A stretch of 64,000 bases of DNA, from assembly GCA_964304625.1 (NCBI GenBank), contig OZ199838.1, forward strand, positions 10,423,817 through 10,487,816, written 5' to 3'. The position numbers were made by a program, and so were the translations under genes. Positions 55,441 to 64,000 of the stretch are shown one piece after another. The stretch comes from Kudoa neothunni (taxonomy: Eukaryota; Animalia; Cnidaria). Under the pieces are notes generated by a model, which did not search any database, had not been told where the DNA came from, and saw only the letters and a list, made by a program, of their open reading frames with translations. The stretch's first letter is position 1; the number at the start of each line of letters is the position of its first letter.

Positions 55441-57413
55441 CGGTCGAGACTGGATATTGCGTGGGTTTTTGTTGGTCCCAAAAACCCACGCAATAAAAAG
55501 TTTTTACGCAATATCCAGTTTTATGCATGCATGTCACATTGTAAAATACGATTTTCTTGTGCTTACGTTTGATGACTATTCCTACAAAGAAACTTTATTA
55601 AAACAATGATAACATAGAGTTCAATTAAGGAAGAGTTATTAAATTTTGTCAAAAAATCTTGTGACTTTTGTATGTCGAAACCTTTCTATTGATATTTTTT
55701 AAATTCTGTCCGTTGTGGAATATAAATCAAACAATATTGATGGAGCCTCTTGAATTAAAACTTTCATTAAAATGTTAACCATATTTTTTATTTATTTTAT
55801 TAAACTTTTGACTTATTTAATAATTGGTTCGATATCATAAGATTAACCATTGTGAGCAATAAGTCCGCATGATTTTGATTCTCACATGTTGCAGCATTAT
55901 CATCGTCAAATATATTTTCGTAAACCTCAAATTCATTTAATAAGATTAATTATGTATACATAAAATATTTCTTTATGAACTGTTTCTAGCTCGGGATATC
56001 TTTCTTAAATCTTCTTGTTTTATAAACTGATTCAACTTCTTTATTACAGTTTTATATATTACCACCAAGCATTTTTGATTTTTAAAATAATTAAATATAA
56101 TTTCTGGCGTAATACTTTCCTGATGTTTAATTAATGGCATGATTGAGTTTAGTAATGTTTATTTTTCGATGATAAAAGTTTCACATAAAACCATATGCTT
56201 GGCCAGTGTATTCCTGCCTTATTTTTAATGCATTTTATGATGCTTAAATTAAGATTTGTAGGGTATTAGTTGTTTTTTTTGATACGAAAAAAAATCGATA
56301 TTTTAAAAAAGTCAATATTTTTGGGATGAAAAAGATGTTCATCCAACAAAATTAAGACTCTCCTGTTCTCATCTATAATTCGTTGGTTCAACTTTCTAGT
56401 TATATTTATAAATATGCTACAAATCATACGTGTGTTTTTTTGAATAATATTCACGCTTGAGATGTTTAACTCAATGGAAACGTCTAGGATTTTGAAATTT
56501 ACCATTTAATCAGATGGGAGTTTACCACTATTTACAAAAAAAATGACAGTAAAACATTCATTCTTTTATGGATATTTTTTCCCTTATATTCCGACTTCAT
56601 CCTTTAAAACATAAGTAATGTTTTGTAACTACTCACAAAAGAACGGAAGTTTCATCAATGTTTATAAAGTCTTTAGAATTATATGCCTTAACCAAATTAG
56701 TGTCTTCAACAGTCCATGGGTCAGTTGATGAAATTTCTGTATTCGCAGTCTCACGATGAAACATATTAAAAGCTATCCCATATTTAGACGTGGAATCTAA
56801 AAACCACCCTTAACTAGACTTTAAATTAGAAATTTCTTGTTTATTTGCAATATATAAAGCAACTTTGATAATAACACATCTCAGCAGAACATTATCATTC
56901 GACCATTGTTTAATCATACAGCTCACATCTATATTTTTAATTTTCCCGAAAAATGTGCCCTCCTTTTAGTTTCAATATCCGTAATGTTGAATTTATCTTC
57001 GTATGAACAAATTCTATCAATTTTTACATGAACTTAAACGTGACAATGTATTAATATTCAAAATAGATTGCCACATTATTCAACTCCAACTTAGAAATTG
57101 TCATTTTCTCACAACTGTCAATATTTTTATCGAATTATAATAATCAATGATTTCTCTTTTCTCTTTATTATTACGTTCTTAACGGGAAATAATGAAGAAA
57201 ACACTTTTATTTTTAAATAGATGGGTTACTAAAACCACGCAATAACGAGACTTTCTATGTAAGTAATAAATTTTCTTATATTTTAATGTTAGCGATGTTT
57301 AGAAAATGATAAAATAATAACAGTACAAAAAAACTAGGTTTCTCTCTAAAAAGAATAACGTCGAAATTTTGGAATTACGCAATATCCAGTCACGCAGTAT
57401 CCAATCTCGACTG
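55441..57413 (-). mobile_element. pogo/Tigger element, degenerate
   Basis: TA-flanked TIRs CGGTCGAGACTGGATATTGCGTG / CACGCAGTATCCAATCTCGACTG with repeated ACGCAATA. Minus-strand remnant RRVLILLDEHLFHP matches the pogo DDE_1 domain. Confidence 0.82.
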
Positions 57414-57461
57414 TAAATTTCTTTAACCCTAATAGTTTGAATTTGAAAAAAAATAAAATCA

Positions 57462-58906
57462 TTAGTTTGATGGCTGTTCGTCATCCTTAGTTCCTTTGAG
57501 AGAGGTATCTTCTGCGTATGTACCGTCATCTGGATCCATTTGTTGCCAACAAATAACTTTACAAGCATTAAATGATTTAAAATTATTGCTGTTTCCATTG
57601 AGACCGCCAAACCAGAACGGACGGCATTTAAATTCATTTTCGGAACTATCGAAATACCATCGTTTAACATTTAAATTTCCATTAATATTATCAGTTGCGC
57701 TGTATTCACCAGCTTTTGGCATATAACAAACAGGTTTTCTTTCTATAGCTTCCTTTTCTTCAGGCTTATCTATTTTATTTTAAATATAAATTTTTAGGCT
57801 AAGTAATTTACCCCAGCCACAATAACTTTCGCAGATTTCAGCTGAAGGAAAATTATTTTTTTGGGGGTCAAAATTTCCAGGCCAGCTCTCGAAACGTGAA
57901 CAGCCCTTGTTGCTATGATCATAAAAGAACCTAATTGTTGGTTTAACGTTTTCAATGTCGCTTGGTTTATTAAACTGATCAGGTTGCACTCTACTACACG
58001 CAGGAATTTTTTGTTTCATTTTGTTATCATTAGTAGCTGTATCATCATGTTCATATGCTATTGATACATTATTTAAATTATGAGAATATAAACTACGGAA
58101 ACATTTTTTAATGCAATCGTTAATAGTATCGAACGCTCCTCTTATCTTTTTATTTGCCTCTTTCAATCCTGTTGCCGCATACACACATTGTTTTTCTTTA
58201 ATTAATGCGATGGCTTTGATTTTGACTTCTTCAGTTTGAAGGTCTGGCTTCAAGTGGCAATCATGATAACTTGGAATAGCGTACGTCTCCTTATCGGCTT
58301 GGTTGTTTAAGTTATCGCTACCGGTTGGTTTTCCATATTCCTCATCTTAGTCAAAAAATATTGTTAATTCTCAAATATTTTTGTATAAAGCATACTATAA
58401 CAGAATATTTTGCATTCTTCTTCTGAATCGTATCTATTTCTATTCCCACCGCAACCTGTGTAATCAAAATTCTCGCAAGTGGAAGTGGATGGGATCCATG
58501 ACCATTTTTGATTGTTCTTTTCACTGCAATTTCCCTTCTTCTTAGCCTCATCTTGGCATCCATTAATTTTATCAGAAATAGGATTTTCAACTATATTGAA
58601 TTAGTAGATTACATCAATAATAAATTTACGATGTCTTTTGCACTCTATTTCTGTTCTGAAATTGTTAAAGTTTCCTTTCGTTCCTCTGTATTGGAAAGTT
58701 TCGCATTTAGATGTCGTGTTATTAATATACCATCTTGTGAGTTCATTGTTTATGTCTTCTCCTGCCTTAAATTCACCCACATCCTTTTCATAGGAAGGAA
58801 GTGGTAGTTCTATAATGGAATTATGTTGACTGAATGTAAGATATGTACCTGATTTTATTTTAAAATAATTGATGTTTAAAATAATAAATGTTAATAAAAA
58901 TAACAT
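57462..58906 (-). CDS. Secreted five-domain Kunitz/BPTI protein (6 exons)
   Basis: Signal peptide MLFLLTFIILNINYFKIKS; five phase-1 introns with one domain per exon. Kunitz motifs RWY...CETFQYRGTKGNFNNF, CENFDYTGCGGNRNRY, RFFYD...NNFPSAEIC and RWYFD...FGGLNGNSNNF. Confidence 0.9.
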
Positions 58907-59017
58907 TTTTTCAGTTATCGTAAATGCCAATCACAAATACCAATGTTTAATTGAAACAGTCAATAAATAAATAATACACCGATGTTCATTAGTACAAGTA
59001 ATTAATCAATAGTATTA

Positions 59018-61485
59018 CAGTCGATGACGGGTCGTTCATAATCCCATTGGGACCCCATGAAAGTTACGAACCACACGTATTGTACGCGTAGTTCGTAACT
59101 GTCGGTAAGTAAGTACGTTTTATTATTTAAAAATACACAAAATAGAATGGGCTAATAAGCAGTAAAATTTGTTTTTTCGAAAATATTCCGTAATTTTGGT
59201 ATTTTTAATGTTTTTTATAATAAAAACGTGTATTTCATCTTCGATATCTGTAATATATTTGTATTTATTTGTTCCATGCTCGATAAGGTATTTCTTAAGT
59301 TCGCCTAAGTAATACAGAGCAGTTTTAGAATTTATTATTTTTATTTCTTCATTTTCTAATTCATCAATATCCTCTTTTGTTTCATTTCCGATGACATCCA
59401 CTAGATATGCACAAATTCTTAAGGCAATCTTATGTTTTTCGGAAAGATTGTCATTTTCAATATCCACAACGTTTACTATCTTTTAATCATAAATCATTTC
59501 ATTTATTTCATCCACAAATTTGGTCTCTAAGTTTTCATCGCCGTTGTGATCCAAATTTTCAGGAACAATAGAAATATTTTTGCGGTTAAATCCCGCCTTA
59601 ATAAAACAATTAACAATAGTTGTTTCTGTCGCCTAATCCCAAGCATTTTTAATCAAAGAAAGGGCTTCCAAAATGTTAGGAGGTACAGGTTCCATCTGTG
59701 CCTCGACAGAAGCAATGTAGCGTTTTATTATAAATGCTTTGTAGTGACATTTGAAAGAGTATATTATGCCCTGATCCATAGGCTGGAGAACGTCCGTAGT
59801 GTTTTTGGGGAGAAAAGTTAGTTTAATATTAGAATATTCTAATTTGACATATAATTGCAAAATATTGAACTATTCATCCAAGCTCGTCTATTGTGTTTTT
59901 ATGTTAATGGTAAGTTATTCACTCCATTAAAGCATCGGGGTTTTCCATACTGACCAATCACGAGTTGTGGTAGTTTTCACCTGTCATGGAAGCACCCAGG
60001 AATGTTGTGATGCATTTTTTTAACGTTTCGTCCCTTTCACAATTCTTTCGTTCGAACTAACATAGCTGTTTCCTATCATTTTACTATGAAAATATAAACT
60101 TTAGCCATTTATTTACCTCGTTGCGGCTGAAAGAATAAGGCAGCTTCGTCAGTGTTGAACACATTTTTTTCAATAACGTTTTTTCAAATATTTTCTAATT
60201 CTTGAAGCCAATTATCTACAACATCGCTTTCAACACTGCCAGCCTCACCATAGAACTTGACATGCTTCAAATTGAAACGTTGTTGGAAGCCGCGAAACCA
60301 TCCAGAAGTTGCCTCGGCCTCTATGTTTTCTTCTTTACATGTGCTATTTCTAGCGTTTATTATTTCTATGGAAGAAAGTTCAATATTTTTTGACCGAGCA
60401 TAGAGAGTCCAATCGTAGATTCTTTGATCTATGCCCGGATTTTTTCCTTGTTTAAGCAACGCCTACTTTTTGAAACCAGGCCACTATCAAATGCGCTAAT
60501 TATATCATCCTTTTTACTTAATATAAAATCAAGTGTAGATATAAATCATTGGTGGGCAAAGTGCGGCCCCCGGACGGGTTTATGAGGCTGAAAAATTGCT
60601 CGAGCATGTACATGTTTTCAAAATCTAGAAACACCAAGACAACATGTATCTTCCATAAAAAAATCAATAAACAACCTTTTAATGAATATTATGAATTTGT
60701 AAACTTTAATTTTACCCGATTTTATTAACTGATTTGATGCTTTACATATGCTTGCACCGTACCTATGATTATCATATGTAAATGTGAATGAGGTAAGATC
60801 TAATACGCCCTTAAAACAAAATCACATGTCATAAACTTCAGAAAAAAATAGTACACGAGATTTAATTCACAACAAAAAGAATCTAAAAATAACTAAATAG
60901 CAGAAAAACATGAGCATGCGATACTCACACATAAATTAGGTTTGACGCAGTAAGAACCATATCCATATTTCCCATTACATTCGCTGAGTTTAAAAAAATT
61001 AAATTTATTAACATATTCGAAAAGCGATAAAATCTATTATTCCGATCGAAACTTGCAATAGTATGTCGATCACAAAATTTCTATCTTTTTTAATTATTTA
61101 GTTCCTTTTTAAATTAATTTATACACTAACATTTTCATTGTACCAAAAATGTTAGAAAAACCACCAATAGGTATTTAAGTTCTCAGAAAACACTTAATCA
61201 ACAATGCGACCCTCCAAGCTTTTGTAAAGAGTTAATGTGGCCTGCAGAACCAAAAGTTGTGTCCACCACTGATATAGATGATATATTAAAATGTTTAATA
61301 GTCCTTGATTTTGTCTATGTTCTGGGATGACTCACATAATACTTGATTATTCTGTATTTTTCGGCAATAGTTCTAATAATTTTTTGTATTTTCTTCATTT
61401 GCAAGCTAATACAAAAAAATCTAGGCATGGGTCCATCCGAAAAGTTACGAACCACACGTAACTACAAACCCCCCGTCATCGACTC
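59018..61485 (-). mobile_element. pogo/Tigger element with pseudogenised CENP-B-like transposase
   Basis: TA-flanked TIRs CAGTCGATGACGGG / CCCGTCATCGACTC. Fragments ATSGWFRGFQQRF and FLPKNTTDVLQPMDQGIIYSFKCHY, plus an acidic C-terminus. Confidence 0.92.
60547..61271. mobile_element. hAT (Buster-like) MITE nested in the pogo transposase
   Basis: Ends CATTGGTGGGCAAA / TGTCCACCACTG; 8-bp TSD ATATAAAT / ATATAGAT. It interrupts the N-terminal HTH coding region. Confidence 0.8.
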
Positions 61486-61883
61486 TAATTTTAATTCTCT
61501 CCATTACTAAAACAATAAATATGATTATTCTATCTAACTCTAAAACTTCTTATTTACAATTATAGGCCGTAATTTTAGATTAAAATCGAGATAATTCGTC
61601 GATTATTTTTTGTTTTATTATGGGCAAAAAAAGAAGACGAATTGACAATTATATTACAGAATGAACAGATTTAAATGAGGAAATCGAACCAAAAATATAC
61701 CAACATTTTTTAACGTCGTTCAACGAGAAATTCCACATCAAGAGTTATTGAAACATTCACTCCATAGAAATGATAAAATGATAGGTCATGAATTTTAGAG
61801 AATAAATAAATAAAAGTATTCCATATTGTCTAGGGTAGGCCAAGATATGGTGCATATCCCGCTGTCACCTACAGTCGTAGAAA
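61486..61883 (+). repeat. Dispersed direct repeat of about 400 bp, copy 2
   Basis: Matches 54716-55114 and begins exactly at the TA flanking the pogo element. Confidence 0.9.
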
Positions 61884-64000
61884 TAAGTTTATCAAAATTA
61901 AAGGATTTTCTCAAAAGATATAAAGTAAATAAAGCTTTAAACGAATGAGAATACTTTAAATATTATATTCTAAAGTTAATTGTATAAAAAATTATATTTA
62001 TGTTTATTTCATGGACATTGAACATGATAATAGTTCCTATGGTACGCATGCGCCAGGTTTTTAAATAAACGTCATTTCAATCGTCGAAAATTCCGGCCTC
62101 TATTTATAACTGATCTCAAAGAATTCAATAATCTACAAATTTTGTAAATAACTAAAAAAATCTAAGATTTGGCTTAAAGTGAAAGAAATTCCCAAAAACC
62201 CAAGGTTTGGACGCCCTGACTACGAGAGTTAGCGCATGCTAAAAATACTCTAATGTGTTCCATTTTGTTTCTATCAATTCTATCATATTTTCTCGATCAA
62301 ATATAGGTAAAAACCAAGTAATGATATTTTTTAGTTAATTTTATTATAAAAATGAATGTAACTGTTTTTAAAGTTAAATAATTGTGATGGTTAACTTGTT
62401 TTTCTGTTCTATAAAAATGAAAAGGGGGTTATTGTATAATGGATATATATTTCATAAAATATTTTATTGTTTGTATACTTTGTATGATTTTAAATTGCTC
62501 ATTGACCCTTTTTAGGTAATCTAATAACCGTTAGATCATAACCATTAGGTCGCCCTACTGTTCTTATTTTCGGGGAAAATTTTCAATCTATATAAAATTA
62601 AATAAAATAATTATGTATAATTATTTATCTACTGAAATTATCGTCGATTTTGCGATCACCTATCTGCTGGTCATGTTGCATATTATATAAGTCTTAAGAT
62701 AGGCCATTAGTAAGTAGCCTGGTTAAGGATGCTTCAGAAATTTCATTCTTTTCTTTCTTTTCATTTGCTTTAAGTTTAATATCTAATATTTATTTGAGAA
62801 ACTTATATTTATACCACCTCTTCCTTTATTTGGCTCGTTATTTTATACCTGAATATCGTATTTCGAATTATTCTCGTTGATTTCACCCTGTACTTAAAGT
62901 TAGTCACATCATTTTAAATGAATATTTTATAACAATGTTTAACAATTTTCTAGTTATAAACGTTATTATCTCTAATATAATTTCAATTCTGTTAATGTCA
63001 AATATTGAGTTAAGGATAAATTCATTGCAAAATTCTGCGGACGTTGGGATATGTTGGTTTGTATAGACACACATTTTATAAGCGATTTGAACAGGTTTAA
63101 ATTTATCTTCGGATACCTTTTGTAATTTCGCATTGTGGCAACGTTTAGCATTATTATTAGATGGAAAATTATTCTGTATATATTCACTGACAGAAAATTT
63201 CTTTTTCAAAATAAAATGGTAATGTTACGTATAATTGATCTTAATATTAAAATGATGAATGGGTATCTTTATCTATAAGGCCCATTATAAAAATCATAAT
63301 CACCAATGAAATATAAAAACAATTAATTTCATTGAAACAATATCGTAAAGCACTTTAGTTACAATCACTGTTGCAAACAAACCACATGATCAAATGCTCA
63401 CATATTCTTAATTAACTTATCGTATACCTCGATACTTCTCGTTGTATACAATCAATACAACAAGATTTGAAGACCACTCGTATATATTAAGTTAAATATG
63501 AATATATTGCATAAAAATATAAAGCAATGTTTGTATGTTTGGCCAATTTATTGGTGAAGAATCAATTGGTTTATTCTTCTTTGAAGATTTATTTATTTGT
63601 TAATGGTTCATTTATGAAGTTAAACTTTTGATATGAGCGTTATTTTAATAGATATTCCTATCCATTGCAATAGCCAGTCCGAACTAAGCCTTCAAAAAAT
63701 TGATGGTCGAGGATCCTCCACCCTAGAAAATTCTCCAAACCCTCGAAATTTCGAGGGTATAGGGATTATCCTCTATTTCGAAGAGATTAAGTCAATGTCT
63801 TAATAAGATTGCGTGATTCGTTCACAGTGGATTTTTGTAATCAATGTTAGGAGAAATTTCCCATTAAAATTCAGCAGTGCATTATTTTTTTAATACATTA
63901 TTTTATTTCTTTTGAAATATCGGCTAAATTGTAGTACTGCAATATCTATGTACGAACTTCGGGCAGTGTAGAATGCAAAATTGGAAATAAAGTCGTTTCC

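Noticed and set aside
2194-63209. Many short ORFs in the supplied track (e.g. 2194, 15841, 25019, 39598, 40402, 43323, 52904, 62904) and antisense ORFs over real exons
   Set aside because: AT-driven I/L/F/K/N composition, no recognisable motifs and no splice path; they are best explained as chance or shadow ORFs.

Overview
AT-rich eukaryotic nuclear DNA with spliceosomal GT-AG introns that are mostly about 39-60 nt. The genes are metazoan-type and strongly diverged, which fits a compact-intron parasitic animal such as a myxozoan (inference only). I reconstructed eight apparently intact spliced genes by hand: MSS4/RABIF, two tandem secreted LCAT/PLA2G15-like lipases, an EGLN/PHD prolyl hydroxylase, an SLC2/GLUT sugar porter, an unassigned coiled-coil protein, WTAP/fl(2)d, and a five-domain Kunitz protein. 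Two adjacent genes are disabled as assembled: a 6.7-kb type-I membrane protein made of cysteine-stapled FN3-like repeats (several nonsense codons and frameshifts), and a VDAC porin (three single-base frameshifts). The intergenic space is a dense, nested set of DNA transposons: piggyBac, hAT, pogo/Tigger, Tc1 DD34E, Mutator and a Helitron end. No CRISPR array, rRNA or convincing tRNA gene was seen. The most interesting signals are the Cys-FN3 repeat family, the frameshifted VDAC, the disulfide-reduced Kunitz gene enclosed by transposons and direct repeats, and a conserved palindrome geometry shared by four different piggyBac elements. Exon boundaries were read by eye and may be off by a few bases.
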